Source: the human T2T-CHM13v2.0 reference genome, Homo sapiens. Taken from it: a stretch of 64,000 nt of DNA. The DNA is taken from assembly GCF_009914755.1 (NCBI RefSeq), contig NC_060945.1, one strand, 5' to 3'. Made by a program: the position numbers and the translations under genes. Of this stretch, positions 1 to 18,874 are shown in pieces (position 1 is the first letter of the stretch; every line of letters starts with the position of its first letter). Below the pieces are notes generated by a model. That model did not search any database. It was not told where the DNA came from and saw nothing but the letters and a program-made list of their open reading frames with translations.

Positions 1-301
1 TGTCTTTACCAGAGAAAGGAGAAGGAAGTTCAGACATACACACAAAGGGAAGAAGATGATATGACAACAGAGGCAAAGATTGGAGTGAAGATAGAAGCCA
101 AGGGAACCCAAGGTTTGCTGGGTGCCACCAGAAGCTAGAAGGAGCAAGGGCATATTCTCCCTTGGAGCTCGGAGAAAGCATTGCCCTGTGGAAACCTTCA
201 TTTCAGGTGCCTGGCCCTAAGAACTATGACAGAATAATTTTCCATTGTTTCCAGTCACACTTTTGGTGTAATTAGCTATGGTAGCACTAGGAACCAATAC
301 A
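1..301 (+). mobile_element. MaLR LTR (MLT1-type), 3' part
   Basis: MLT1-like motifs (CCACCAGAAGCTAGAAG, AGAACTATGACAGAATAA) and terminus GGAACCAATACA; cut by the window edge. Confidence 0.7.
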
Positions 302-1259
302 ATGAAGGAATAAAAAAACTTAAAACAGTCAATCCAAAAGCAGTAAAGCAAGGAGATAAAAGGGAGTAGATTCCTTGCATAAGCAAAAACCACTGTGAGA
401 TGGGAGGTTTAAACTCAAACGTATCAGCAAAGCCCCACATTCTTTCCAGTCCTGCCCATCAGATGTATCATTACTTTAGTCAACACAGCTGTATAGGGAG
501 AGTTCACTGGGGTTTAAGTTTGCGCTGTCCTGGTGATCCATGATGTGAAACATGTTTCCATGTGTTTATTTGCCATCCATATTTGTTCTTTAGTGAAGGG
601 TCTATTTAAGTCATATATTATATGGCAAAATACTAAACACTGTGGGATTCTGTAGATGTGATATTATGGCAATAGTAATCATAATAAGACAAAAAAAAAA
701 TCAGTGCCTTTTAGGGGCTAGGGTGGGGATGTGGAATGACTACAAAGGGGCATGAGGGAAATTTGTGGGATGATGAGAGGAGTCTATGTATTGATGGTGT
801 TGGTGGAGACACAACTATCTATATTTGTCAAGACACAGAATCCAAGAAAAGGAAAAGTCCCAAATATATCATACTGATTAAATGAATCTAGGATTAAAAG
901 CCATTCTACAAAGCAAGCTATGGACCCAAAGACTTTCACCACTGAATGCTGTAAATAATTGGGAGAGAAATAATGCTAGGCTTAAATTTCTCAGCTTGTT
1001 TTATTAGGCCATCATAATTTTCCAGACCTTAGGAAGTGGGACCTGTCTAGTGAGAGCAACTGAGGAATGCTATGTGCTGCCCGGGGGGAGCCACATGGAT
1101 GTTACCTGGGGACATGATGGCCTGGTGGGGGAGGAGCCAGCCACAGACCAGGAGAATGGCCAGGAACGGAGGCTAATGAGGAAGCCACTGTCATGCAGAA
1201 GCTGGAGCAGACTGATCAGCAGGGGCTGGGCCCACAGGACGTTATGCACTGATGAAAGT

Positions 1260-2605
<1,346 letters not shown>

Positions 2606-2729
2606 TGGCTACCTTTCCTTCATATGGCTCCAGGTTACTGTCTAGTGCCCTTTTATTTCAGCCTGAATTAGCATTTCTTGTAAGGCAAGTCTATTGGCAA
2701 TGAGCTTTTTCAGGTTTTATTTACCTTGA

Positions 2730-4100
<1,371 letters not shown>

Positions 4101-4158
4101 TGTGTATTGGTCCACACCCCCCAGCACTCGGCTGGGGAGTTTGCGACTCTGCCTTCCC

Positions 4159-4234
4159 CTTCACTTCCTGCTTGCATCTTCACTTCCTGCTTGCACCTTT
4201 ACTTCCTGCTTGCACCTTCCCTTCCTGCTTGCTC
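4159..4234. repeat. 19-bp minisatellite x4 (CTTCACTTCCTGCTTGCAY)
   Basis: Four adjacent units starting at 4159, 4178, 4197 and 4216. Confidence 0.9.
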
Positions 4235-5310
4235 AGAGCCTGAAGTTCAGCCAGAGGTGAGCACTGAGAGCTTCTCAGGTCTTTTCTGAGCTGGTGCCCC
4301 ATCATGGGCATGCGTGGGGGCCTTCTGGACTCCCAAGAGTAAGTGGGATCTCCCACCTCCCTTATTCCTCAAAGCATGTCATCTTCCAGCTTTTCCTCCC
4401 AGGCTTTTTGGGCATGCCCAATGTTTTCTGGCTGATACCTTTGGCCCCAGGTGGCATTGACTGTTTAATGTTCTGACAAAGCCTCAGTGTAGCTGCTCTC
4501 TGCCTTGAGTCTGATTTGGTGAAATAAGGCAAGCCCTGTGTGTTAGTCCTTCAGGGAGCCACCAGATGGGTAGAAACAGACAACTGCACTGCCTTGCAAA
4601 CAAGGTCCCCTCTGCTTCCCTGGCAACAGCATCCCACATCAGAAACTCGGGCTGCTGCCTTCCTGACTGTCACCCAGCTGGGGAGTGGGGGATGGGGCAA
4701 GGGGGAGTTAAAATCCACAAGGTTGTCCTATTGGGTTGTGCTGCTTTTTCTTGATTATGTGTTCCCTTGACTGCTGCAAACCTTCAAGTATTTTCCAGAG
4801 TTCAGATAAAATTGAACTCCACCCCCTTTGTTGGGGTGGGTGGGTGGACGGCAGGTGGGGACGGGAAGGTCTTGGGGAAGCGATGGCGGAGGAAGCCCAG
4901 GACAGTGTGGGACCACGTCCAAACCAGAGGGTGGGAGAACACGTGAACACGTGAACATGAGTGCAGATGGAGCCAGTTTCAAACAGGATTGAACAAATCC
5001 GAGAGTAGACTCCTAGAAATACAACTGCAGAGCCAGGGGACGCTGGCCGGGGACGGTGGGTTTGTTTATTTGGGTTTTGCCAGTTTCTGATGTTCCGTGG
5101 AGGGACAGGCCCTCACAGTTCCCCGCTGCACCATTTCCTCTGACGTCGGTATTCACAGGCACAATTAGGGACCATCTTTGGAGGGCATTTCTCAGTATCT
5201 CTAAGAATTTTAAATCCATGAACACTCTGCACCAGCAATGCCACTTTTAGGAATTTAGGCAAAAATGTACCTGAGTGTGGAAAGGTATATGGTAGAAACA
5301 CCCACAGAGG

Positions 5311-5751
5311 TGTTAGAGATAGAACTCAGAGTCGTAAGGAAAACGAGCGCTTAGACAAAGGACTTTTTAGCAAAGCAAATTTATCTTTGCGCAGAGAAGT
5401 GCCTCTCACGTGGCCGGTTGCCACGAGAGCACACAGAACAAAGGAGAGTGAAAGTTTTTATTTTTGACGCAAATCCTGCCCCTGTGCCCTTTTTTAACTG
5501 GCTGGGGTCGGACCACACAATCTAAGCTAGACCCGATTGGCTAAACATTTAGGGGAAGGGGTCGTCTGCGGCGAGCTAGAGAGTCAGTCTTTTCTCAAAT
5601 AAGGAAAGGAATGTGAGCTGGTGCTGTGGCATGCCTGGGCGTGTAGGAAAAGCAGAAGGAAAGAAGAAGAAAGACATGGGGAGGGGTACTGGGAATGAAA
5701 CACTAAAGGACTGATCAGGCTGTTTGAAGAGAAACCTTGCCATATCTCACA
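5311..5751 (-). mobile_element. Solo ERV LTR (family not determined)
   Basis: TG...CA termini, perfect 5-bp TSD AGAGG (5306-5310 and 5752-5756); homologous to the reverse complement of 54435-54943. Confidence 0.85.
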
Positions 5752-6762
5752 AGAGGTATCGTTTGTAATAATGAACAACTGGAGAGACAGTCAGGGCCAT
5801 CCACCTGGCGTTGCAGACACCAAGTGCGGCGTGTCCACACTTTGGAACGCTGTACACCTTGCTGAAGAAAACCATGAGAAAATAGTTTTTAAAATCAACC
5901 CGGACAAAAAAAAGAATAATGTGTGCCCCCCGCATTGTGATTGTATAGCTGTGGAGAAGTAAAGACTCAGGGCCTCTTGCGGGCAACGTGGTGACGGTCA
6001 TACCTCGCCAGCATCCCTTGCCTGCATTTGCATTTCTAGGAGTCTATTCTCAGATTTGCTCAATCCTGTTTGAAACCACATCTGGCTACATCTGGACCTG
6101 TGCGTCCATGTGTTACTCTCGCCCTCTGGTCTGCATGTGTCCCCATGCTGTCCTGCACTTCCTCTGCCATTGGGGCCTTGCTGTTCCCACCGGCCCTCCG
6201 CCCACCCAGCCCAGCACACGGAGCTCTGGAGGCCGCGTCTCTGTTCTCTGCTCTGCATCCCAGCTGTAAGCCTGGTGCAGGAACAGAGGGCGCCCCTGAG
6301 CGTATGTGAGTGTGCGCAGGAGGCCAGGATGCCCAAGCTGTCCCTGAGTGGAACTCCCTGAGCGCAGGGACAGCTGGAGCCCAAGTCTCCCGCCGTGTCC
6401 CACCTCCCAGCACAGCTGGGGCCTGCCACCCCCCGGGACAGCCCCAACCCTTGCCATGGGAAGGAGCTGCTTCTACCCGCAGTGCGTGGGGCGTTGGCCT
6501 GAGTCATGTGGTGTCTGTGGGACTCAGCCAATGAACAAGGCTTTTGGGCCCCACAGGACCTGGGAGGGGAGCCGGACAGCAGAACATGCCACGAGGTGGA
6601 CAGGAGCTTCCAGGTGTCACACAAGAGCCCCCCGGGGCCCCCAGCTGGGGAAGTAAAGAGATCCACGGGGCCCAGCCCCCCAGAGCCAGGCCAGGCCCCA
6701 CTCTGCCCCCTCCCGCCCTGGGTGCGGAGAGTCAGCACGGAGTCAGCTGGGGCCGCAGACGC

Positions 6763-6768
6763 TTTATT
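6763..6768 (-). terminator. Poly(A) signal of KRTAP10-2
   Basis: AATAAA on the minus strand about 315 nt after the stop codon. Confidence 0.75.
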
Positions 6769-7081
6769 GGTGCTCAGAGGCAGAGGGTGACGCTCCTGGG
6801 GGTGAGACCCAGGTCAGGAGGGCCCATCCCCAACCAGCGACCAGCGACCAGCGGAGGGTTGTGGTCTGCAGCCAGGAAGCACCGTGAGGAGAAGCCAGGG
6901 CTCGCCCGCCCGGCGGGAGGTCAGAGAGGAGCCAGTGAGCATCTGAGACCCCGGGGCTGGGCGGCTGTGGCTGGGGCTGCTCCTTCTGTGCTGAGCTGTG
7001 CTGAGGCTGGGTGGGCTGGGAGGTCCAAGGACTGGCAGGGAGGTGGGGCCTGAGCCCGGCTGGCCCTGGGGGACATGGCCA

Positions 7082-7849
7082 TCAGCAGCTAGACTTTTGG
7101 CCTGAGGAAAAGCTGCAGGAGGCTGGGCGGGAGCACACGGGGCGGCAGAGGAGGGACACAGAGGAGGAGGGTCTGCAGCAGGAGGAGGTGCAGCAAGCTG
7201 GCTGGCAGCTAGACTGCTGGCAGCACGGAGAGGAAGCCCCAGAGCAAACAGGTACACAGCAGATGGACTTGCAGCAGACAGGCTTGCAGCAGACGGACAC
7301 ACAGCAGGACTGCTGACACAGGGAGGAGGTGCAGCAAGCCGGCTGGCAGCTAGACTGCTGGCAGCATGAAGAGGATGACTCAGAGCAGGTGGGCACGCAG
7401 CACACAGCTTTGCAGCAGACAGGCACACGGCAGGACTGCTGGCAGGAGGAAGAGGCACAGCAAGCTGGCTGGCAGCTAGACTGCTGGCAGCATGAAGAAG
7501 CCCCACAGCAGACGGGCACACAGCACACAGGCTTGCAGCAGACGGGCACGCAGCAGGCCTGCTGGCAGGGGGAGGAGGTGCAGCAAGCCGGCTGGCAGCT
7601 AGACTGCTGGCAGCACGAGGGCGTGCAGGAGCTGGTGCAGCCTGATTGGCAGGCGCTGGGCTCACAGGCCGCCTGGCAGCAGGGGCTGGACACACAGCTC
7701 ACTGGGGTGCAGACCAGGGTCAGGCAGGGGGCTGGGGCACAGCAGCTGGGGGTGCCGCAGGGGAGCTCACAGCAGCTCTCTGGGCAGTCGTCCACCTGCC
7801 AGGAGTTGGTGCAGGCGCTGGAGCAGATGGACATGGTGGAGGCGGCCAT
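7082..7849 (-). CDS. KRTAP10-2: Keratin-associated protein 10-2 (255 aa, intronless, Cys-rich)
   Basis: [30 protein letters not shown]...SGQKSSC with CCxPx/CCQQS pentapeptide repeats; length, sequence and cluster order match my recollection of KRTAP10-2. Confidence 0.95.
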   Translation of the reverse strand: MAASTMSICSSACTNSWQVDDCPESCCELPCGTPSCCAPAPCLTLVCTPVSCVSSPCCQAACEPSACQSGCTSSCTPSCCQQSSCQPACCTSSPCQQACCVPVCCKPVCCVPVCCGASSCCQQSSCQPACCASSSCQQSCRVPVCCKAVCCVPTCSESSSSCCQQSSCQPACCTSSLCQQSCCVSVCCKPVCCKSICCVPVCSGASSPCCQQSSCQPACCTSSCCRPSSSVSLLCRPVCSRPASCSFSSGQKSSC

Positions 7850-7880
7850 GCTGGAGTGGGGAGGAGGTGAGCTGGGGGAG

Positions 7881-8029
7881 GTGTGTGAGTGAGTGAGTGT
7901 GTGAGTGAGTGTGTGTGTGAGTGTGTGAGTGAGTGTGTGTGTGAGCCTGTTGGCTGCTGGGGCTTTTATATGCCCAGGGCCTGTGTTTTCCCAGCAGGAG
8001 ACTCAGCAACGCCCTCCACTTCCGTGTTG
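7881..8029 (-). promoter_or_regulatory. KRTAP10-2 proximal promoter and (CACT/CACA)n 5' leader
   Basis: TATAAAA at 7964-7970 and CAACACGGAAG at 8019-8029 on the minus strand, shared with paralog promoters. Confidence 0.8.
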
Positions 8030-9549
8030 GTGTTTGGAGCCGGGAGGACCCTCATTATTTCTGCTTCCTTTGCCATGACTTGTCCTCACTCTGCTCCTAA
8101 CACTCGGCTGGTCCTGGGCAGGACCGGCGCCCCTGGCTGAGCCTGTCCCCCGGGAACACCAGGAGGGAAGGTGTGGCCTCTCTGGGGCTGACCTGGTGAC
8201 TTCCACCTGGCAGGTCCCGTGACTGTGCCCAGCGTGAGCTCTGGGCCCGGGGGAGGCCCAGCCTCTGTCTGCAGGGACCTCACAGGGTGGGCTGGCGTGG
8301 CTGTGATTGGGAGAGCCAGGACGGAGGTGCCTGTGTTGGGAAAAGACGCTTGAGGACAGCGCTTCCTGGCGGGCTCTGGGATCTTCTGAGATCCTGATGT
8401 CTGCCAAGAGCAGGAGGACAGGGAGCACCTCCCCTCCTCTGAGAAGGAGACGGAATGTTCTGGCAAGGCCTCTGGACAGTCAGCTCATTAGGAGGACAAG
8501 GTTTGGGGACTGGCCTTTGGGTCTGGACTGTTGTCCCCTGGAGCCCTGGTCAGGTGTCCTGAGAGTGGTGGGTGCAGATCCAGGCCTGGGGGTGGGGAGG
8601 GGCCTCTGCCTTGAGGAGGTGGATGTGGAATGAGGGTCACTGGAGAGTGAAGGACACTTGGGGTGGGCAAAGCCAGCCTGTGCTTGGGAGGTCATCAGGC
8701 AGGACAGGCCCTGACCCGGGGGCAGGGACCGTCACAGGTGAGCTCCTCTGTCTTGGGGCCTGAGCCCAGCATGGCCTGACGCTGGTTCTCACCAGGAACC
8801 AGCAACATCTCCCAGTGTCCTTCCAGCCTCTTTCAGCTGGGGATGAGGCTACGGCAGCCTGGGACGGGCTTTCATGGTGGCCCAGAAAGCCTATAGCGCT
8901 AGGGAGGCTCACTGGAAGCTCTCCTGTCATAGCGTAGCAGGAGGTGAGCAGGCCCCTGGTCACCAGAACCTTTCTCTGTTGTCCTACAGGGCCAGTCAAA
9001 GCAGCAAGCCGAGAAATAGAAATGAGACGTGAACCTCTGTTATTCGCAGGTGACACAATTGTCCACCTAAAGATCTGAGTCACTGCCATTGTGACTGTCA
9101 CTGGCCATGTGCACCGGCTGGACGTGGGATAAACTCACAGCCCCCAACAGCCCCTCCCTGCACACCTGCCTCGCCATTGTGATGGAAATTCCATCTGAAC
9201 CTGGGGCCTCCAGCACGTGCCAGTCACTCCGCCCTCCATGGCTGTTGTCAAACAAGCCCCTCCGACCTCTCAGGGGTGATGTCTGTGAAGACTCAGCTCC
9301 CGACAAGAGCCTCTCATCTGAAGACGCAGGGCAGTCAGCACTGGGAGCCAGGGTGAGAGCCGAAGGGAAGCCGAGGCAGCGGCGTTCCCTAATGGAGTAT
9401 GAGGGGGAGGGTCCCACAGACCTGGAGCTGCAAATTATAGCATGTGACTGTAGTGACAGCTTCGGTGATCTTAGAAAATGACCCCCTAGTAGCACTGATG
9501 ATGAAGCTGGTGAGGTCGGAGCATGTGGCTGCGCCAGGGAGCATTCCAA

Positions 9550-9735
9550 GCACTTGGCATCTATTAATTCACTGAATTTCGGCATTAACTTCTTGTCGAA
9601 GTTACTATGGACAGACGCGGAAGCTTCAGCAGAGAGGTTGAGCAATCTGCTCAAAGCCACACAGAAAACAGTGACAGAACCAGGACTAGAAGCCAGCCGG
9701 TCTGTACATAGGATCTACATTCTCAACCAGTGAGT
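9550..9735 (+). mobile_element. MIR SINE relic
   Basis: MIR core-like CAGAGAGGTTGAGCAATCTGCTCAAAGCCACACAG...AGAACCAGGACTAGAAGCCAG. Confidence 0.6.
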
Positions 9736-10457
9736 CTCCGATTCTAAAAATAAAAAATGTTGAAGATGAAAGACAGCAAGTCTTCAATACCAAATTTAAT
9801 ACCAAACAGCTGGATTAAAAATTCACATCAGAAGCAGAAGAGCAAAACTAATACCACAGAGAATCAATTCAATTTTAAGTCCAAACATGAGTTCTTCCAA
9901 ACGCCGAGGTAAAGGATAAAATTCACAAATATAATGAGAGAAAAGATAACAAACAGAGTGTATATTTAGCTGAGACAAAACCTGAAAATTCAATTGCTAG
10001 GGAGAAAAAAAAATAAGATCAAAGTAATAAAGAAATAATTGAGGATCAGGTATTCTGGGCTGAATGGACAGAGGTGTGTGTATTTGGAGTAGAAGAACTT
10101 AATGAATTTCAAGAAAATCAGGCCACCTAGACATGCATTGACGAGTTTTTCAATGTAGAAGACCTAAGAACAGGCCTCTCACAGGCAAGACGAATAATAC
10201 ACGATCTGGAAATGAACTGCCTCAGGCTGACCTCAGACCCCTGTCCCACTAACCAGGGTATGGCAATATCCTCAGGGCTTCCAGGGCAATCTTTGGTGGA
10301 CTAAGGCTCTAATTTTCCTTTTTTCAAATTATTACATCTTTCTCAAATAAAGATAACAGCGATGTATTTTCACAAAAGCAAGAGCTTAGAAAGTACTTCA
10401 CCCAGGTATCCCTCTTGGAAAAAATACTTAAGGAAATATGACAAATGGCAAAGTGAT

Positions 10458-10816
10458 TGTTATGGATGGAATGTTTGTATCCTCCCAAAATTCACATGTT
10501 GAGACCCTAATTCCAATATGATGGTATTAAGAGGTGGGGCCTTTGGGAGGTAATTAGGTCAGGAGGGTGGAGCCCTCAAAAATGGGATTTGTGCCCTTTA
10601 AAGAAGAAACCGTGGAGAGATTATCTGGGCCACGTGAGGACAGCAAGAAGGTGGCTGTCTGTAGACCAGGAAGAGAGCCCTCTCCAGAGCACCACCATGT
10701 CGCACCCTGACTGATCCTGGACTTCCAGCTTCCAGAACTGGGAGAAAGAAATGCCTGCTGCTCAAGACCCTCCAGTCCACGGCAATTTGTTATAGCAGCC
10801 CCAACTGACTGTGACA
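10458..10816 (+). mobile_element. MaLR solo LTR (MLT1A-like)
   Basis: TGTTATGGATGGAATGTTTGTATCCTCCCAAAATTCACATGTTGA start, GGTGGGGCCTTTGGGAGGTAATTAGG, end TTTGTTATAGCAGCC...GACA. Confidence 0.85.
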
Positions 10817-11034
10817 GAGAAGAAGCAAAGACAAGAGTTCCAGAACGTAGAAGCTGGGGTATCAAAGGGCTGGCCCAGATACAAAGACAGGAAGACACTG
10901 ACCTAGGTCCAGATAACCAATGTGCTCAGTTATAACTGCAAATGCAAATTTCACATATTTTATAACAGATGCATACAACAGATGCATATTCTACATCCTA
11001 ATTGAATGGCAGTGATAATATTCTAATACTTTAC

Positions 11035-11250
11035 TGCATGCTAGTGTGAGAGGCCGCTAACCACACGTGGCTCTTGAGTGCTTGAAATGTGGCTCATGCC
11101 AGTTGTGGAAATGGTAACATTCTGGATGTACCGGGTTAAATAAGATCTATTGTTAAATTAATTGCACCTGTTCCTTCTGCCATCTTTAAATGTGGCTGTT
11201 ATAATATTTAGGATTGTATGTGCGGTTCTGTTTCTACTGGAATATGCTGT
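11035..11250 (-). mobile_element. hAT-Charlie MITE relic (MER33/MER3-like)
   Basis: CCACACGTGGCTCTTGAGTGCTTGAAATGTGGCT and GGGTTAAATAAG...AAATTAATTGCACCTGTT motifs. Confidence 0.65.
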
Positions 11251-12498
11251 ATGTTGTTTTCAATCAAACAAGAAAGACTGAGAAGCGGGTGGGGGTGGAA
11301 CCGTGGGCTGATGTTGAGGAGAGCAAGATTAATTCTGTTTTAAATAGAAATTCTCGAATTGCGGTTCCATTCCTCACTTTAATAGTTAAAAAATAAGCAT
11401 AAAGGTAAACTTAAAAGCTATTTATTGGTACAATTAAAAACAGAATGTATATTTTTCAAAACAGCAAATAAAAGTAGAAGAGAAAAAACAAACCGTGGTG
11501 GATATCCTAAAGACGGAAAAGCAACCGAAACAGGCGGAAACCTCAAAAGCAGAGAAGACCATGAAAACGTGAGGAGGAGCAAAACAGCCAGTTGGAAAGG
11601 AAAGGAAATTGCTCCTGATGTTTCCTATTAGATGAGAACATTTCTCAAAACGGTTTATAAAATAAAAACCGAAATAAGGTAACTAATGTCACCATTAAAC
11701 AGTAACGGGAGGGAAAAGAGACGTCTCCCAGGTCCGACGGCTGCCGGGGCCCACACAGAGCCTCCTCTCCCATCCTCCCCAAGGGGTGACGGCACACAGC
11801 CTAGAAATGGGGACTCCCGCACTAGCAGGGCCCCCACATCCCACAGGATGAGCCAAAGGGAGGGCAGCCTGGCTCAGGACTCCCTGAAGATGCAGAAGCC
11901 GTGTTCCCTTACAGAGTCCCACCCAGTGGGGAGACGTGGGCACTTGGCTAGGCCAGCTGGCCAAGGGCTGTGGGAGATGGGCGGTGAAGGGCACCAGGAT
12001 CTGGGAGCCCTAGTGTGAGAAGTCCCCTCCCAGTCCTTATGTGATGAGTCCCCCACCCCGGCCACACACACATCCCACCCCCCTTCACAAGCAGGGTAGA
12101 GGCTGCACACACACAGTCATGGGGCTCAGGGCAAGGCAGCCTTGCTCTGGGCTACTGATCAGACCCAGGACAGAGAGGTCTGGGGACAGCCCTTCCTGCC
12201 GTGCCTGCTCCCCTTGTCCTGGTGGCTGGGCTGGGAGCTTGCAAAGGAAAATGACAGTGACAAGGGGCCTGTGTCCTTCTGTCCTGGAAGCCTGTGACAC
12301 TCGGACAGGGACTTCCAACTGTGTATTGCATTTGCACAGACATGCCATCGAAACTGCAAAGGAGTAAATGACTGCTGGGACAAGTTAATAGATACAGCGG
12401 TTCAAAGGAAAAGACCTACTCAAGAATTAAGGAATCCTTGTGAACAACAGGGGAAGGTTACAGAAAATTTCCAGTTATTCTTAAGAATTAAGAAGTCG

Positions 12499-12812
12499 TG
12501 CCGGGCACGGTGGCTCACGCTTGTAATCCCAGCGCTTTGGGAGGCCAAGGCAGGCAGATCGCGATGTCAGGAGTTCAAGACCAGCCTGGCCAATGTGGTG
12601 AAACCCAGTCTCTACTAAAAATACAAAAATTAGCCAGGTGTGGTGGTGCACACCTGTAGTCCTAGCTATTCAGGAGGCTGAGGGAGAAGAATAGCTTGAA
12701 CCCGGGAGGCAGAAGTTGTACTGAGCGGAGATTGCTCCACTGCACTCTAGCCTGGCAACAGAGTGATACCCGCTCTCAAAAAAAAATAACAACAACAACA
12801 AAAAAAACCAAA
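12499..12812 (+). mobile_element. Alu (AluS-type), first of a tandem pair
   Basis: Full Alu dimer with an A/AAC-rich tail. Confidence 0.95.
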
Positions 12813-12813
12813 A

Positions 12814-13246
<433 letters not shown>

Positions 13247-14209
13247 TTACAGGCCCAAATCAAAGACAGGGGTCTTTGCCCTTTTTGCACAAGGGAACTT
13301 CCCGGCCACCTCGTGAAAGCTTTGGAGGTTTTCAGATAAGTAAAAGGAAACCAACTTCATGAAAACACTGCTGTTACACTATGAAAAAGTGAACTGGTGA
13401 GATAGCATGTACTTCCCTAGGGAGCATGTGCCTGGTGGGACCCAGCAGGTGCATCTCGCGCTACCATAATTATGAAACAGCAGTGGCCAGAATGAGGTTT
13501 TGAGCATTTGCGGCCGGCATAATGTGACGCCACGCATCTCATTCCTGTTGGTGACAAAGCTGCAGGTGCTGCCATAGGTTTTGTCGGCTACATGAGAGGG
13601 TTCCTCACATAAGGCAAAAGAAAACACACCTGTCTTAGAGGCCTCAAAAATGCCCACAAATACTTTCCAAGGACAAAGGTGGTTACTCAGCTGCAAACAG
13701 TGAAGCACACAAGGAAACGACACCATGAGCGAGAACTGGTGGAAATGACAGAAAGCTGAAATGGACCCACAGAGACTTCAGGCATTGGGATGACCGTGCA
13801 CAGATATTTGAAATAAGAGATCAGCTCTAAAATGTCTTCCAGGAATGAGAAATATTTATTTTATTTAATAAGAGAGGGCTGGTGAGAAGATGATGAGTGG
13901 GGGTCAGACAGGCAGAGGAAGGAGAGAGGGGGAGGAGCTGAGCCCAGGGAGAGGCCGGGCCGGGTGGGTGTGGGGGATTCACAGAGAAGCACCCCCGGGG
14001 CCTGGAGACGCTGAGGCTGGCAGGAGAACCCCACAACAGCAGACCCCGCACAGCGGGAAGTCAGGACTGCCTCCGCCCCTGGTGCTGTCAGCCTGGATGC
14101 AGCTCAAGGCCAGAGTCCCGAAGCTCCCACCCCACGCGGCACGTTGAAGTTCTTCCCACGGGGTTTGCCAGATATGCAAAAAAGACCTCTGAGAGGGCAC
14201 ATTGGTGAC

Positions 14210-14215
14210 TTTATT
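14210..14215 (-). terminator. Poly(A) signal of KRTAP10-3
   Basis: AATAAA on the minus strand about 240 nt after the stop. Confidence 0.75.
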
Positions 14216-14452
14216 TGTTGACAGACTGATCACTCACATGGGGCAGGACACAGTGACCACCGGCTGGCCAGCATGGAGATGAGGGTGTGGGAGAGATGCA
14301 TGCCTGGAGGGAATCGGCATGAAAGCTCAGCATTGCTGGCTGGAGGTGCAGTGGCTATGGGCAGAGGAGACTCAGACAGGGCTCAGGGCTGCAAGGATTT
14401 TCGGAAGTCAGAGATGGCCCTGGAACAACTCTGGAGAAACGGGACCTGCCCG

Positions 14453-15118
14453 TCAGCAGCTGGACTTCTGGCCTGAGGAGAGGCCGCAGCACGCGGAAGA
14501 GAGGCGGGAGCACGTGGGGCGGCAGAGGAGGGACACGCAGGAGGCCGGGCGGCAGCAGCTGGGCTGGCAGGTGGAGGCAGGGGCACAGCAGGAGGGGATG
14601 GGCACACAGTAGGTGGACCTGCACACGGGGCGGCAGAGGAGGGACACGGAGGAGGAGGGTCTGCAGCAGGAGGTGGTGCAGCAAGCCGGCTGGCGGCTAG
14701 ACTGCTGGCAGCATGAAGAGGAAGCCCCAGAGCAGACGGGCACACAGCAGATGGGCTTGCAGCAGACAGGCTTGCAGCAGACGGGCACACAGCAGACTGG
14801 CTTGCAGCAGACAGGCACGCAGCAGGCCTGCTGGCAGGGGGAGGATGTGCAGCAAGCTGGCTGGCAGCTAGACTGCTGGCAGCACGAGGGCGTGCAGGAG
14901 CTGGTGCAGCCTGACTGGCAGGGGCTGGGCTCACAGGCCGCCTGGCAGCAGGGGCTGGACACACAGCTCACTGGGGTGCAGACCAGGGTCAGGCAGGGGG
15001 CCAGGGCGCAGCAGCTGGGGGCACAGCAGGGGGGCTCACAGCAGCTCTCTGGGCAGGCGTCCACCTGCCAGGAGTCAGAGTAAGCGCTGGAGCAGACGGA
15101 CATGGTAGACGTGGCCAT
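14453..15118 (-). CDS. KRTAP10-3: Keratin-associated protein 10-3 (221 aa)
   Basis: True start is the ATG at 15118 (CCCAGCATGG context, downstream of TATA), [17 protein letters not shown]...SGQKSSC, 666 nt. The track ORF is over-extended to 15304. Confidence 0.95.
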   Translation of the reverse strand: MATSTMSVCSSAYSDSWQVDACPESCCEPPCCAPSCCALAPCLTLVCTPVSCVSSPCCQAACEPSPCQSGCTSSCTPSCCQQSSCQPACCTSSPCQQACCVPVCCKPVCCVPVCCKPVCCKPICCVPVCSGASSSCCQQSSRQPACCTTSCCRPSSSVSLLCRPVCRSTYCVPIPSCCAPASTCQPSCCRPASCVSLLCRPTCSRLSSACCGLSSGQKSSC

Positions 15119-15152
15119 GCTGGGGTGGGGAGGAGGTGAGCTGGGGGAGACG

Positions 15153-15291
15153 TGAGTGAGTGAGTGTGGGAGTGAGTGAGGGAGTGAGTGAGTGATCGTG
15201 CCAGGCCTCTGAGTGGTCGGAACCTTTATACCCCTCTGTGTTGATTGTGCTGCCCCTGCCTGGCTTCGAGAAGCCTTCCTCTTCCTTGTTG
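15153..15291 (-). promoter_or_regulatory. KRTAP10-3 proximal promoter
   Basis: TATAAA at 15225-15230, CAACAAGGAAG at 15281-15291, (CACT)n leader. Confidence 0.8.
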
Positions 15292-16429
15292 TTGTTGTAG
15301 GCACTGTTGTGTTAGTAGTGTTGGTTCATTGTTTGTGGATGTTCTGGTTTGTGAGGCTCCTGACTGGAGTTAGGGCTTCCCTAATGTGGGCTTGTCCACA
15401 GAGATAAACTAGTAGAAATATATTGATTGCATCAAAGCACACTGCAGAAGCAGGGACAGTGGCAGTTAGGAGATATTCTGGAATTGACAGCCCTCTGCTC
15501 CATCCCAGGAGGAGTTTGCACTTAAAAAAAGACTTCTACACCTAAGGAGGGATGAGGTTAGGAGAACCTCAGTTTCTGGGCCTTGAGGAAAGGGAGAGAT
15601 GTGTTCTGCTGTGGACAAGTTTGAAGATGCTCAGTTGGCCTGGCCACACGGCGAGATCCACCCTGTGGGTTGACACTGCTGGTTGTCAGTGGGAACCATG
15701 GGGCATATTTCTGCTGGGGGTGAGCCCTGGGGCAGGTGTGAGGGAATAGTGTCTTCCTGGGCAGAGATTGGCTCACAGAGGGGAGCAGGGAGGCAGCTGC
15801 AGGCCCAGCACAGTAGGGATGGAGATGAGGGGCAAGCACCTTTGTTTCATTTCACGTTGAACTGTTATGGGGCCTTCCCCCGGTGGTGTGCACAATAGTG
15901 TTCACACCTTCTCCTCTCACATCTCGGGCAACATCACCTGCAATGGTGTCCTTGGGAGCTCCAAGGTCTCTTCCCTTATGGGCCAGAAAGTCATCAGAAT
16001 GTATTAGTTCTACTGTTGGCTCCTGGACATTGTCATAGTAAATGTACAAATAAAAGGGTCTGATTGCAGAGCCTTGTCTCACAAATACCTATACACCTGT
16101 GTGTATCAGCCCATGCCTGTGCCCGGGACCATACCTGTGCGCTAGTAAGCCCCCAAAGTTCTGATCATGGATCCCTCATCTCCTCACTCTATGATCGCTA
16201 TTTTCTACTAAATCTTTGAAATGGCAAAGGCAGAGGCTCTGATGATGCTCTAGGCTGCAGGGCTTTCCAAAATTAGGCCAGGGGTCCACTGAGTGCTTGG
16301 TGGGGGCCCATAGGCTGCAGGGTTTGAAGCCTCTGACCTTTGATGAGTATGGCTAAGGGCTCTGTTGGAGGACTACCTGGCAAAGTCAGACTACAGTGGA
16401 AAAATATTATTTCATAGAAATAATAGCTG

Positions 16430-18874
<2,445 letters not shown>

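Noticed and set aside
15852-16400. Non-repetitive-looking stretch with a protein-like 76-aa ORF (RPFYLYIYYD), possible pseudogene or ERV relic
   Set aside because: I cannot recognise a homolog, and the frames are interrupted; needs BLASTX/Dfam.
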